Assembly: GCA_977030845.1 (NCBI GenBank)
Contig: OZ365110.1
Coordinates: forward strand, 20,150,001 to 20,214,000
DNA length: 64,000 bases
Source: Fimbriosthenelais zetlandica
Lineage: Eukaryota
Direction: 5' to 3'
The notes below the pieces were generated by a model. The model was not told the origin of the DNA. It did no database searches and saw only the letters and a program-made list of their open reading frames with translations. A program made the position numbers and the translations under genes. Shown here in pieces: positions 1 through 13,559 of this stretch; the first letter of the stretch is position 1, and each line of letters opens with the position of its first letter.

Positions 1-619
1 TCTCTTCTCTCACACGTACATGACATTTAACTGTCTTATACACTCATATTTCACCATATCCTCATAGGAGGTCGGACGAAGTTTAAACTCGCTACAGAGT
101 GTTTGTGACTGTTGATTTTATGATGCGTGAACAGACCCCAGAGACATGTTACATCCTAGAAACCAACACCTCCCCATTTAAAACGAGGAGAACTTGCTCA
201 AATGTAAAGGAGTGCAGAACAGATAGAAAATGTGTAAAACATTTTGTTTAATTAGCCTTTCTCGCATCTGAAAGCATAGTTTTACACCATACTGGTGTTT
301 TCTGTTCGGTCACAAGTTATGCATATTTACCCCACACACTTAAAAGTGGACATCTGAAACAACTTTCATCTTTCAAAGCAGAAACCTGTGTCTATAAGTT
401 TTTGGTCGTTTCTCCACATCAGATATCTTCAATGCTTTAGTGGAGCTCGTAGTCCTATTGATTTATAAAGTGGGGAATCTCCAGAGGAAATAATTCTATA
501 TCCAGAGATGAGTGCAATTATCAACTAATAGAGGAGTTCACTATAGGCATTGTTACGGGACTTTATACATGATTAAGTAATTGTGACATAATTTTGTACA
601 ATATATCCGAGCATTACTG

Positions 620-840
620 TGGGATTTTACACCTTTCTCATTGGCCCCCTTCCCATGCACAATGCACTGTTTAAACGGAAATGCAATTGCACCGCCTACT
701 CACCCGGAGGAAGCTCTACGTGTCTCAAAATCCCCTCTCTGTACTGTAACATACTTCAGTTTTTTTCATTTGCTAAAACTATGCACTCGTATTCATCGCC
801 GAAGATAACTTTGTCCTCAGAGGGTACATTTTGTCTTCCT
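620..840 (-). mobile_element. Degenerate non-LTR retrotransposon APE endonuclease fragment (RTE-like)
   Basis: Minus-strand translation gives NVPSEDKVIFGDEYEC, resembling the RTE APE motif IPxxDKxIxxGDFNA. Downstream, in another frame, is HGKGANEKG, resembling GxGxxNENG. Confidence 0.5.
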
Positions 841-950
841 TCCCTCTCTTCGTGTTGTGTAGTCAGCCGCACATAGACATTGTCATAATATGATATAAAA
901 AGCCTCCTCAAGGGGAAATTTTGGTGGCTGAAGATATGAAGAAAGATTGA

Positions 951-1078
951 TAGACAGAGATGAGTGAGGGAGATGAGAAAGAGAGAGATGGGAAAGAGAA
1001 AGAGAGATGAGAAAGAGAGAGATAGGAAAGAGAAAGAGAGATTGGAAAGAAAGAGAGAGATGAGAAAGAGAAAGAGAT
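951..1078. repeat. GA-rich compound microsatellite / purine tract
   Basis: Directly visible (GAGA/GAAA/GAGAT)n run. Confidence 0.9.
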
Positions 1079-3559
1079 ATATATAGTCGGATGTTTATAA
1101 CCTATTTTGTCCTTACAATTATAGCACATCCTTATGGACAATGCTCTTTGCTACTCCTTCAGAGTATTTGGCGATAAACATGAACCTATAATTATCATGA
1201 TAACATGGAAATAGTGCCACTGCCTATTATCCTATTAATGCTCAGTAATGGAGCATTTCCATGGCTTTGTTTTAGGGCATGCAAAATAATTAAGTACCGA
1301 ATAAAATGCGCCTGGTTCAAAACACAAAGTGCATTTGAATAAAAAATTCAGTTTGCTTAAGTATAAGTGAATCGAAATTGCCTTTAAATTATTTATAAAC
1401 ATTCATTCCTTTTTCAACTAAAGGTTTTTGAAGTCACTTAAAAAGAATATGCTGCAGAGTTAAGACGTGATTTCAGTGTATTTCCCAGTCTCCAAATCAA
1501 ATAATTTCTAGAAGAACCTGTAGGAAATAATTAACAAATTGCATGAAAAAGGATCCATAGAGGATTATGTGGCTTCCTCAGTCAATATATAAATTATAAT
1601 TTAATTTTATGTAGTGTATATTCTCTCACTATAGCATCCTGGAATCTCAGATCGAACTGAGTGAAAAATAAAAGCTTGCAGGATGAACGGCAGTCGGGGA
1701 CAGGTGCATCCACCACTCCTTCCCTGACTTCAACAACAGCTGGCCCTGTTCTTAGAGATTTAAGACAGCTGACCTCTATATATCCCCAGTCCGCATGATT
1801 CTTCTTTCTACTCATTCTATACATGAATCATTGGCAAGTGACATGAAGAAGGAGAGGGAGAGCAAAGGGAAGGAAAGAGGCCAGAGCGGACATAAATTTA
1901 TGTTGATGATTCATGTATCTATGCCAATCGCATATTTTCACTCAGAAAGAAGAATTGCATTGTGCTGGATAGTCGATGTTTCAATTCCCAGAAATTGCCC
2001 TTTCTCTTAGCGCTTTACCATACATCACATTGATTAATTTTACTAAAGTTGGTATAATCATTGATGGGTTTGTAGGCTGTAATCAGTGCATTATATTACA
2101 TAATGGGCATTCGATCCCTCATGGGAAATTGACTTAATTCATAGGTTACAGACAGAATTATATCAGTCAAAGTAATTATTGAGAAAGTCAGGCATGTTTG
2201 GTAGTATTGATTGCCCCACTACCTTCTTCAAAAAAGGATAGAAATTCAACTTGATGCACAGATCGGAAAATTCTATTTCGTCAACATTATTTCCTACGTT
2301 ATCTGAAATTGCTGGGTGCAATTTTAAGTCTTAACATGCACCAGTTGGTTTCATTCCATGGTGCCTTAAGACCATTATGACGACTCACTTAGTGGCCTGG
2401 GTAATGGATCTGTGTGAGGCCTGGGTTCTGAGGTATTGGAGATGCTTGTCCGGAATCTGGGTGACTGGGCACGTCTTGTGTAATGGAAGGCGTCGTCAAT
2501 AATTACATCTATCCTGTCGTGCGAGGTGTGGACTCCTCTTACAAACCCTTGTGGTTGAATTCCCAGGAAGAAAAAGAGGCATGAGTGACATGGTTCCCAA
2601 AGCCAACCATAATAACAGTTTATAAACGCCCGACGTTATAAATTTGCTTGGATTATCATTATGTTAATATTCAGGGCGAGCTCACGCTTTGTGGAACAAT
2701 CTTTAAAATTGAATATCCGAGAGACGCCTAGCTTTCTGTCATTTGAAATGAGAATGTCTGGTATGGTCGCGTTTTATTTAAAAAAGACCCTTTAATTGAT
2801 TTAGTATGGGATCATCGATATGTCAGACAATCTGGTCCTGTAGGCATCCCTATTCTATTACCTCTTGACCAATAGCTCAATCGATCACTGAATGATTCAT
2901 GAACCTTTCCTTGGGCAAAGGCGAGGAAACGGTTGGGAAAAAATCTAACCGTGACTGATGGGTCGCTTCAAGAACCTGGCCACCCAAGACTGACCCTCCA
3001 TATTCAATTACATGTCGGTGAACGATGTTTAATAGAACATGAATCATCAATAAAATTAATGTATTGATCAATATCATCAGAAATGACTGATGGTTAATTA
3101 TGGTGGAAGTCTCTAATATCCAATTTAATAGCCTTTTTTGGAAATATAATTTTCCGTACTGCTATGGCAATCAGGAGGGGTCTGTATAATATTATCCTCT
3201 GTTATTAACCAGACAAAGCCTTTATAGTCAGTTCCGCCATCACCACGATGTCTTCTCCTGAAAAGATCAAAGAGAGGAGCTAGAGATAGAGAGGAAGACC
3301 TGTAGGTAGAGGGATGGGTTAATAATCAATACTTTGTTTACAACCATGGTTGGTGGGGTTAGGGGGTGTACTCGGAGGATCCCTCCTCCATCATACCTGT
3401 CATATTTTGCTTCTATTAAAAAATAACATGTCCACTGTTTTATGCTCGTTATTCATCTTCCATCCGAGTTTGCTGCATTGACAGAGACACTAAAGCAATA
3501 GACCTACATTGCTTTCTTTTACCCATCTCTGTATTGAGTTCGTCCCTGGTGCTCAACAG

Positions 3560-3597
3560 GAGCACGGGCTGTTTTTTCTTTGGATACATTTTTGTGG
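3560..3597 (+). other. Candidate micro-exon (38 nt; 59 nt if the AG at 3537-3538 is used)
   Basis: CAACAG acceptor at 3554-3559 with a pyrimidine tract ~25-50 nt upstream, and a consensus donor TGG|GTGAGT at 3598. No recognisable peptide. Confidence 0.2.
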
Positions 3598-4689
3598 GTG
3601 AGTTCCACAAGAGAAAGTCCCAAAAATCTAAGTGTAAAGCCAGGGGCGAATCCAGCGCTGGGGCGGGTGGGGGAGGGGTGTCTCGAAGGTCAGGATCCCT
3701 CCTTTTGGAGATGATTTTTTGTCATTCAAATATATGAGATATGCACTGCTCAACAGTCAAAAGTGATAACTTTGTGTATGTAAATTTAGATAGAATTCAT
3801 GCTTTATTCTTCCCCTACCATTCACAGTGACTAGTTTTGATAGCATTTCATTCAAGATGAAATTCCGAGGGGCAGGAGATAAGGATCAATTATGCAACAG
3901 TCTAGACACGTTGTAGCGTTCAACCTTGCCTCGATTCACCTTTGCTTTAGTCAGGATCAAGCACCCATCTCCTTCGAGAAGCCAAGAAAAAAGTTCATTC
4001 GCTGTCCATTACATTTAGTACTTAGATTTATCTGCGCCAGAGTAGAGTCACTTCCATCTCAGAGATGTTTCCTATCGTCTCGTTTCATTTCCGTGGCATT
4101 CACATGGTTTGGCATCGCCTGATTCCCATCGATCCAACCTGCTAAACCTGACATGTGTTCCTTGAACTAACATTAAACATACCAGAGAGAACGTACAAAT
4201 ATGTATTGGTCCCTTTGTCAAAATAATATCTACATTTGCTGAGCATTGATCACCCGTGTTTTATGCTATGTTGATGGCCACGTGTATACATTACTGAGTT
4301 GAAAAGTGAACTTTATGAGTTCGAATATATTAAGTTTTCAATGCAGGTCATTATTCCTTAATTTAAAGTATATTTAAATAATCAAAATTATATACATGTA
4401 TATAGGAAAGCGGTGGCCTCCTATTTTGAAAATTCTGAAGTAGGCCTTAATGTCGCGCTACTACAGGGTTTTGGTGAGAATTCAATCTGCCACATAAATA
4501 TACTTTTAGGTGTGCATCTAAGTTTATTATGAAGAAATGCCTTTCTTTGATTGACAGACTACAATCAATAGATCTGTAGGGAATCCTTATCTAGGCAGTC
4601 TGCATAGAAAGCTTTATGTCGTGAAAACCAGGTTGAGAGCATCTATCTCCAATGAAATGACACAGCTATGGGGGCATTTTATATGGGAA

Positions 4690-6090
4690 AGGATCAATAT
4701 CGATAAGCAGTCGGGCCCCAAATACCACCGCTTGACCCCAAGACCAGCCTTTGTCCAAGCCTCCTGGTGTCATTCCAGGCAGCAAGCATTGGCGAAACCC
4801 AGTCAGAATGCCCTCCTGCCTCTACATACCTTGAGGGCTTGCTAGACGGACTCCATGGCTTTGCTGGTCTGGAGGAGGAGGAAAGGAGGAGGACAGCAGG
4901 AGGAGGAAGAGGCTGTGCCCCTCTGGAGTCCCTCCTGAGAAGAGCTGAGGGATAGAGAGTGGTGGAGTTGGAGGCTGTGGCCCCACCTCCTTGGCACTGC
5001 CAGACTGCCTCAGCAGCAGAAGCCCCAGCTGCTGCGGAGCTTCTGCTCCGCCTGTTCATGCTATTGAAGCACCCACGTTGCGATCACTACGAGCAACTCC
5101 CAACCACCACCGCCCCCATCCTCCCCGCCCAGAGAGGCAGCAGTGGATTCCATGCCGCTGTCGCTTTGGCATGAGTGTACCCATAGCACCAACAACCAAA
5201 TAGGTAGCCATTCCATCAACGCGTAGGTTACCACTTCAAAGTACCACACATCTACCTATTCGCACCTAATTGTTGGATACTTTCACAAGACAATGGTCAT
5301 TTCCTTGGTTTCAGGGATGTGGATGGTTATTTTTCCTTCTGTAAACCATTGATTGAGTGGTTTGGAACATATTAGAGGAACCAGGCATAAACAGGAGCGA
5401 CTATTTTGGTATCACCGCTCCTCCTGTCCTGCACCGCCTCCTTGTGTGGTGAGCCCAATGTTCACCACATGAACATAGCACTTGGACTAACCATCCACTT
5501 GGACTCCCTGGTTAAAAATCATGGGAATATTGCCACCTTTCTTCAAGAACACATTCTTTTCTTTCTTGTAAGTTCCCTTCGCGGCTTTTCTCCGATTGGG
5601 AAGAATTATCAGGTAAGGTTCCCCTATCTTGGTTTCAAAGTTCGGTATCGATAGGTAATATAGTTATCGATAAAACATAATAAGTTCTAAATCTTACCTG
5701 ATTTACTAATCAACCTTGGGGCTTGGCTTGACTTGTGACCTTCGTAATCTTGTGATACTTTCTCAGCTGGTAATACATTGGTTGGAATCTCATATAGACT
5801 TAATTCCAATCTCGAACGTTACTGTCCCAGGATTGTTTCATTGTCAAAAGACAGTGTATCAATATTGCGCGATTAATTATTGGTCTAGTTAAATGGAAAA
5901 CTAGTCCATAGTTGGATAAAGGGAGTTGAAGGTTCATCAATGTTTTGACGTTGAAAGGCAAGGCGATGATAGTTCAATTATTAGTAGTTGGATTACTGGG
6001 CAATTTTTCTGAACCATTTGTCCTGCCCGGTATTGACTTTGTGGGTTCATGGACCAGTTTCATAACATAACCTGAGCAAATGGTAGACCT
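4690..6090 (-). mobile_element. Degenerate retrotransposon ORF1/gag-like remnant (zinc-knuckle-like motif plus low-complexity tail)
   Basis: Minus-strand reading VLCSCGEHWAHHTRRRC (~5430-5480) resembles a CCHC knuckle. Upstream is LSLYEIPTNVLPAEKVSQDYEG, RRM-like as in L1/Tx1 ORF1. Downstream is a GC-rich low-complexity stretch. Many stops. Confidence 0.35.
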
Positions 6091-6579
6091 TTGGCATAGA
6101 CCGTCTTCAAACAATTTACCCATTTACAGAAGATTGTATGTTTACAATAGGCCGTGTCAGGCACACATATATTTTTTATCAATACAATGCCACAGGATCC
6201 TATTGAGTGCGCATATTAAGTACCATATGATTATGTTTTTCTCATTTTATTTATCCCTATTGATATTTCTGCATAATATATACCTACTATACATTATACT
6301 CATCTAATATGATTTTTCTCTTCGAGTAGATTTAAACGCCTTTAGAAATCATGCTTTTAACAGAAATGTGTACTCATTTACCTAGGATGAGAAAATAGAA
6401 ACATAGTGATTAATATTTTCAACATGGCACATCATTATGTTCCTCTTTTGAATGACATAACGTAACAATTCACTTCCAAGCTCTTAGCAAAACTATATGA
6501 TCCGCTAACCTCACCGTTCTGTCTTCTTTTTAAAACGGATGCACAAACATGAAGCGTCAATTCACATAATTATTTTACT

Positions 6580-7000
6580 CAAAGATGGCAGTGTAAGGCC
6601 TATAATTATGTTCTACACATGCCTATAGATCGACCCCTGAATATACTTTCAGGCCTATTTCTGGGATATTTTCTGCACCTGCATTGCTACTCGTTCCCAC
6701 GGTGCGCTGGAAAAATGAATAATTCACCAAACGCCACTTCCGGTTCTTTCTGGGCGATCAATTACTTGGCCTTATCATTTTTTTTTCTATTGCTCACATG
6801 ACCAATGAGCGGCAAGAGGGCTCAATGAATCTTAGCGGTTACTTCCTGTCTGGCCGTTTATTAATAAACACCATACAGATTCTGGATAACGTTTGAAGAT
6901 TCATTATAGCCCATACTTTGAACAGGCCAGGCCTCGATGGTACTATATAATTACTGGGGTCGATTTCCCCTGGGTGGTAGATTGGATCTGCGCGGGGGCC
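6580..7000. promoter_or_regulatory. Cluster of promoter-type motifs (YY1-like, ETS-like x2, CCAAT)
   Basis: AAGATGGC 6582-6589, CACTTCCGG 6735-6743, CCAAT 6802-6806 and ACTTCCTGT 6841-6849, in a locally CpG-retaining stretch. Could equally be a transposon end. Confidence 0.2.
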
Positions 7001-7607
7001 AACATGCAAAAGGCATGGATAGGCACGCCGTTCATTTTTCTTGCCTGGGATCAATAAACTACACATTTTAACCTGCCGAAAGCCAGACCAGAGGGAAAAT
7101 GATCGAAAACCGATGTGTAGTGATTGATTTAAATGAATGCACTTCCTTGAGGGGTCGAAATTGAATTGCCATGAGGGGCAGTAGCATATGGCAATGGGAG
7201 TATGAGGCCATTCTAAGCTAGGGGAGAAATATAGTCTGAATGGGCTTTTCTCAAGGACTATTTAATCGGAGGTAGAAAATCGACATATATTTAATATTCA
7301 TTCTGAAGTGGCGGTGAAAAAATAAGGTTTGGATGCCACACTGGACTTGGTTGTTGCTAGTATCGGTCTATATGTGTACTGGGTATGTACTCAAATATAT
7401 GAGTGTACATGTATAATATACAGTGTCTTTTCTGAACATTCTACATTGTCGCTTATCCTGTTTAAACCTATTGAAGCGATTTACGATTTTCGCCAGAGCA
7501 CTTTGCTGGCAAGAACAGTATAAAAGTCTTGTTTAAAGATTCAAACATTTTGGTTAGAAGTGGTGAGACATATCACACAGAACAGCATGTAGGATTTGAG
7601 GCATAGT

Positions 7608-7908
7608 TGTAGACCAGACTTTTATGATAAGGACCCAGGTGTTGGCCCACCTAACGAGTACTATCAGGGAGAGAATCCCTCAATCAAGGAGGCTGAGTTT
7701 GTAGGGCCGTGGGTATAGGTTGTCAGGTGATTGGTCAGGATAAACCAGCCTGCCACCTCTCCAGCCTCTTACTCTATCTGATATTCCAGGGAGGCTTGCT
7801 CAGATAATGAATGGTAACTACTGCCCAATAAACCTACATCAGCTGCGAGTTTCATGGCCTCACCCCACCTAGGTTTGTTGCCTTGTAATAACCTCTTGTG
7901 ATTTTACA
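7608..7908 (+). mobile_element. Possible solo LTR remnant
   Basis: ~300 bp bounded by TGTAG...TTTTACA, with AATAAA at 7827-7832. No target-site duplication found. Confidence 0.25.
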
Positions 7909-10799
7909 TCAACATTAATTTGGAAACCTCTTCCCCTTCAATCAAATATTTTATTTTGTGTGGATATAAAATTATGCACGTGTTCCCTGGTTGGGATAAT
8001 GAGAATCTCTGGGAATATTTATGTAGGTGTTGGATTGTACCGCCCTAGTAAATCTGAGCAGTACGCTAGAGCTAATTTAACCAGGCCAATAGCCGCTTAT
8101 TCAGTAGCCAGCTCTTTTTCTGCCGCGAACAATTTTGCTTGCTGTTATGACAAGCTGATTATTGTTTACTGATTGCTCTTCTCCTATTTCACATCAAGTG
8201 GGACTTTATTGAATCTAGATCGCCCAGTATACGTGCTGCATAGAATTCTTATGATGTCCCATATCTCGGTACCATGCGCAATAAAACGGCAGCATGGCTA
8301 TTTATAAGTTTACATGATTCAGAGGTGCTGTTTTATTGTATGAGAAGAGGCCCCTTTCAAAAGGTGAAACAAAACAAGCTTCATACATCAGTGGCATGGC
8401 CTTATTTTCTCTACAAAAATTCCAGTTGAAAAGTGAACTGATGGATGGGCCCTTTTTTAGGCTTGCCTCGAAGTTGTCTCTTAAAACTGCAAGCCCTCCG
8501 GCTCTTTTGTCATCAGGAATTATGAGACTAATCACTTTGTTAAGGTTCTTCCATCCCTCAGGAGTTCAGCTACCAATATCCAGTGATTTATAATTGTGAA
8601 GAGAAAGACATCTTTGGTATTGCCAAATCTTCTGTGGACGTATTTGTTATTAATTTGTTGAGAATTTAGATTTAGAGAGTTTAATTGTTGGATTATCATA
8701 TTATTTCAAAGGTTCCCTGCAGATTCATGTCCTGTACTAGTCGTGTTATGAACATCAGACCATTGACGTATCATTGCCTAATGTCATACCTAGATATCAC
8801 ATTATCAACTCTGTTTTCTCTAGCAATACCTCGATGCGGCTGCATGGTTCCACTTCCAGTCTCATGAATCTCTACGATTCATGAAGAAAAGACCCGGATT
8901 CTATTCCAATAGCCAGCTTCACCCTCTCATTTCCCATTCCCAATTAACCAAATCCCAGCAAGATTGAACGAAGGAAAAACCAAATGTGTCCCTGCCAAAG
9001 GTGCATTGCCAATCACTCACTGATTCTCACTTCATAGTATGAGCCCTTTTCTCAGCGCCTCTCTTTCCTTCTAGAGTATTAACTAAGAGCTTAAGAAGCG
9101 CCATGTTTCCTTAATATCCCACGGGCCTGGGTAAATTGTGGCGCTGATCATTATTGATTGCTAGGGCCTATACCCTGTACAACGAGCCTCCCATTCAAGA
9201 CACATTTCTTATCCATATAATATTTCCTTGCAACGTGTTTTGCACATCAATGCCCTTGCACCGGTGAATTATACATTACATATTACACAATTATAATATT
9301 GCTTTCAAAGGTGCTTTTATGTGTGCACAACTAGTATTGGGGCTATTATAAGTTATCAGTTAATGTACAATACAGACCTGTATCATTATATAACTTAAAG
9401 TTCATAAGAGTTCTTTGAAGTGATCCATAATCAATAATGTACCTTGGAAATATTCTGAGACCTGCAGTGTATTTTCCGAAATTTACCAAACATTATAGCG
9501 CGACACAGTATTTTTTTTTAAGAATCAGAACTATTATTTGCCATATTATGTCAAATAAGTAAACTTAACCTTAATATGCTGTTCATGATTAATATTTCCG
9601 TCCTATGAATTATATAGGAGGGAGGGGCAATATGTGAGTACAGTATACTACGTGAGCATTTCTCTTGGTGAGCTTCTCTAGAAAGTGCCTAAATTATATA
9701 TTATTAAACCATGGAATAAACAGTAGGGACATCAGACGTAGAGCCAAATTATTCTCATTTTTGTGTGTTTTGAAGGCTTGGATGATGATACATGCCTCGG
9801 AGGGACTTCTCTAAACGAGCTGTCGGAAAACAGGCTGGAGGATCCAGGAAATGTAATGAGCTTTCTAGATGCCCATCCAGTCCCCCTTGACTCGGAAAAC
9901 AAGCAGATTATGCTCTATTTTGATGACCACAAAAATGCCAAACCCAAAGCTGCCTGTGACAGAGAGAGAAATGAGAATATTCCACTGAATATTATGTTTT
10001 GGATCCATATTGAGCAGTATTCGAAGTTGAATGGACTGATAATTTCCGTAGGAATGGCTGATGGGGGAACTCTATAGAGAAAACCATTTCAGTATCGTTT
10101 TCCTGTCCTGCATAATATTCAATTTGGTGCTAAAGTATATTGGCCCTGGGAAACATGATCCCATATAATATTCAGCAGACATAGGCCAAGTATCCGATGG
10201 ATAAAATGAAATCTACCTCACCCAATGTATCCGACTTTTATTACCTGGATGCTGACACAAGCGTTCTTTTAGCAAAGCCGTCCAAAAATATATCAAAAGC
10301 CTATTATTTTTTCAATTTATTTCAGGTGCCTGTGGGGAGTATTGTCTTGCTCACTGTGCAGCTAATGTGAAATTGGCTTTAGACTGACGTTCTATGGAGG
10401 TCTTTTAAGCAATGCTCTCTTGAAATACATTCTTACCTGACAGAACTAATGCCTGAGGCCGTACTTAACTACAAAAGAACTTCCATGTGAACGCTCTAAC
10501 TCTGATCATATAGAGGAGAACAAATTAGACCCGGCATTCCAGAAAATTCTATCTGATTGGATTTAGTAGGTCTCTGCTAATGATAGCAATTTTTAGACAT
10601 AATATTTAATCGATACAATTGAAGTCAGTCTGCTCAATGTGTTTGGTGTTGACAAGCCTATTTAGCATAATATTTATCATCCGGATGAAGTTTTTATTTT
10701 CTGAATGTTTAAAATAATAATTAAATTGACTGCCAATGGCAATCCACTTAGATTGTCCTATTGACCCTTGGCGCCCCTCGCCTTGATTATAGCTTCTTG

Positions 10800-11120
10800 G
10801 CAGGAGGTTCTGATCAACTTAGAAAATCTTGTAAAATATGCATAACCTTACCACAGCCATTGGTCGATGCCTAAGCTATAAGAGGCAGCCCCCATGCCCA
10901 CCCCCTTTGCCCTATAACACTGCCATATCTCACCCTTGCATGTACTCTGTACATGACTTGGAATGGGATTACCAACTCTTGTATTACAAGTATTGACTAA
11001 TTCCATCGACATGGTTTGTTCTATTATGGAACAGTTGCCAAACCGGAAGGCGTCAGTGCAAAGTGAATCCACGTGAAAGTTTGTTCTGAGGAGGCATATC
11101 TGTCTTGTATATTCTCTTGT
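10800..11120 (-). mobile_element. Penelope-like reverse transcriptase remnant
   Basis: One minus frame reads NFHVDSLCT ... ~50 aa ... KGEIWQCYRAKGVGMG. This matches the order and spacing of the Penelope RT motifs SFDVxSLFT and GxxYxQxxGxAMG. Confidence 0.35.
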
Positions 11121-13559
11121 CAGAGCCTTCTGTAGTCCGTGAGGATAGCTTGTAGTTGATTCATGTCTGTTGTCTTTGACTGTGAGCGGGTTGGATTAAA
11201 CATGTATCGCTTGTATATATATGTGGTCTCAAAGTAGAGTTTGTCGGCAATGTTGTCTCTCCTTCTCGTACTTTACTACTGCCACCTATTTGTACCATTC
11301 TTTGCAATTATGGTGATATTGTGCATGGCTTTTTGGGCTATTAAGTAAAACCATTGAGTGTTTGGCTATTATAGGTCAAACTATTACGATTAATCCTATC
11401 TAATCCTTACCCAGATGAACTATGTCCTTTATATTAAAACGTATTAGGCTAAATAATTAGTACATGCTCTTTTAACCTACTTTAGGCCTGCTTCACTGGG
11501 AATGGCTATAATTCTTTTCCCGAAGAAACCTCTTCCTTTCTGTGAACTTAATTACAAAGCAAATTGGAAGGCCCCTCATTTTGCCCTGTTTACTTTTAGA
11601 CAAATTGCTTCTTTGCCAACAAAAGCATAATTGCTCTGAGGATTTCTGTGAGAAATTAGCTGTTTTTTTATACTCGGAAAATTCCCACAAACTGAGGGCG
11701 ACATAACTCATTAGCTGTGGGTTTTAAGTGATTTTTGTCTCATGATCTGTGATCGGGATTGGAAGGGATTATTAATGAGTTAGTAAATACAAAAGGCAAT
11801 CTGGAAAAACAAGAACAGCCAAAACATAAATGTGGAAAAAGAACATTATACACAAAGGATTCTTTATTTAAGCCAAAGTATCCATATATTGATTGAATGA
11901 TTAATGATTGAAAAAATAATGAAATGGCGTTTGACGCCATATTGAATAGTTAAACCCACGTTTTATTGTGTTGTCCCTTATGTACAATTATTGATTGGTG
12001 CTGACAACAATTTGCCTATAATATACATGCACAAAAAACCCCGAGAACCTAAAATTCCAATAAAATTCCACCCTCTGTTTGGGCATTGATCAAACTCTCA
12101 AGTATTGGACCATAGTGTTCGGGCTTAATTTAGTTGTCTTGATTGAGGGCGCCCTTGCCTTTTATTGTTCCTCTCCGAAACACGCACTGGCTTCTGAGTG
12201 TTCCTGAGAGGCGGGTCAAGGGTTGCACACATGGAATTCCACTCAATGCCGAGAGGAAAAGCACAATCCTTACAGGATGACGGGGGCAACAAGCCTCCAA
12301 ATACAAGCTCAACTTCCCTACTCCATGGAGTTTGACCAGTTTTAAATGGAGGAATATATTTGTCAAGGTGATGCGGTCTTTGTGTTAAACAAAACGGAGT
12401 ATTTACCTGAGGAAGAGTAGTCTGAGGCACAAAGACTGAGGTTTTTAATTAGGACATTTTTGAATTTGTCTCGGGGGATTTTAATATAATTCTGTGAAGT
12501 AATCATAATAATTATACAATGGACCCATTTTGATGCCTGACTGACATACAGGCTATATACAATAAATATACAAGAGGAGTAGAAAAGGACTGATTGGACA
12601 CAACAAGTTCAACTGAGTGAAATGTCGCTGTAATAAACAGACAGTCTGACCTCTCTGAATGATTGGACGACGTGATGCTTTCACAGTTGATGTGCAAAGG
12701 TCATTATCGCCAATGATTAATTTATTTCTGGGAACTCTGCTGACAAGGCAAGGCTTGTTCTACTTGCAACAAAACCTGACCAGAGGAGCATCTTTATCAT
12801 CAGGCCAGCAATTAATAATGTGAGCTCACTGGACCATTAGATTGCCTGTTTTTATCATTGTTCCCCCGTGTGGGCAATTACTATAGTCCCCATAGTACAG
12901 GACGAGTTCTGTGAAATGTGAACCAAATAATGATATTCTCGAATTCCTACACGGTCATACTGTAATGCCCTTTCAGTATATTTACCTATTATAGCCAAGT
13001 GTCTCTTTATAAGAGCATTTCGCAAGTCGAGGTTTTTAGACTGGCTTTCTTTCTGTGAGGAATACAAGTATCTAGATGGGTCTCCAAGGATTTCAATGAG
13101 AAAACCCATCTATGTAGAAAAAATATATCATTGTTTATGCTTCACATGTTCAGTTAATTAAACATGCATTAATAACCCATCGCTATAATGCAATTCACTA
13201 TAATATATGAGATTGGCATAATTATTCAAATAGGACAAGCTAGACGTTGGTACCCGGTCCTCCTATACATGTTTGCCTTCATTCATTATGCTTCAGGGCT
13301 GGCAGCAAATACATCATGATAATCCTATCTACCTCCTACTTGAAGAGAATCACCACCCTGTAATGAAAGACCTATCATGTTGATGGTTTATTTAACGACC
13401 CAAACAGGCATAAATATGTAGCACTCTCACCACCAGAGGCTATTTCCAGGATTGGAGAAGTACACATTAGATAGCTATTTGCGGGCAATTGGTGTTTGTA
13501 TCTAACGTTACACCCATAGAATGAGTCAATCAAGAGCACCAACCCACTGTTAAGGGGGA

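Noticed and set aside
5600-5710. Facing strong splice donors (CAG|GTAAGG on plus at 5613, CAG|GTAAGA on minus at 5698)
   Set aside because: They lie inside the ORF1-like remnant, the upstream acceptor is weak (AAG) and there is no coherent exon; likely chance.
8200-10260. Possible L1/Tx1-like remnants (e.g. minus-strand KRAGGLAVL)
   Set aside because: Motif order was inconsistent with L1 ORF2; too weak to list as a feature.
10326-10390. Plus-strand acceptor followed by Cys-rich ACGEYCLAHCAANV
   Set aside because: No credible donor before the in-frame stop, and no recognisable domain.
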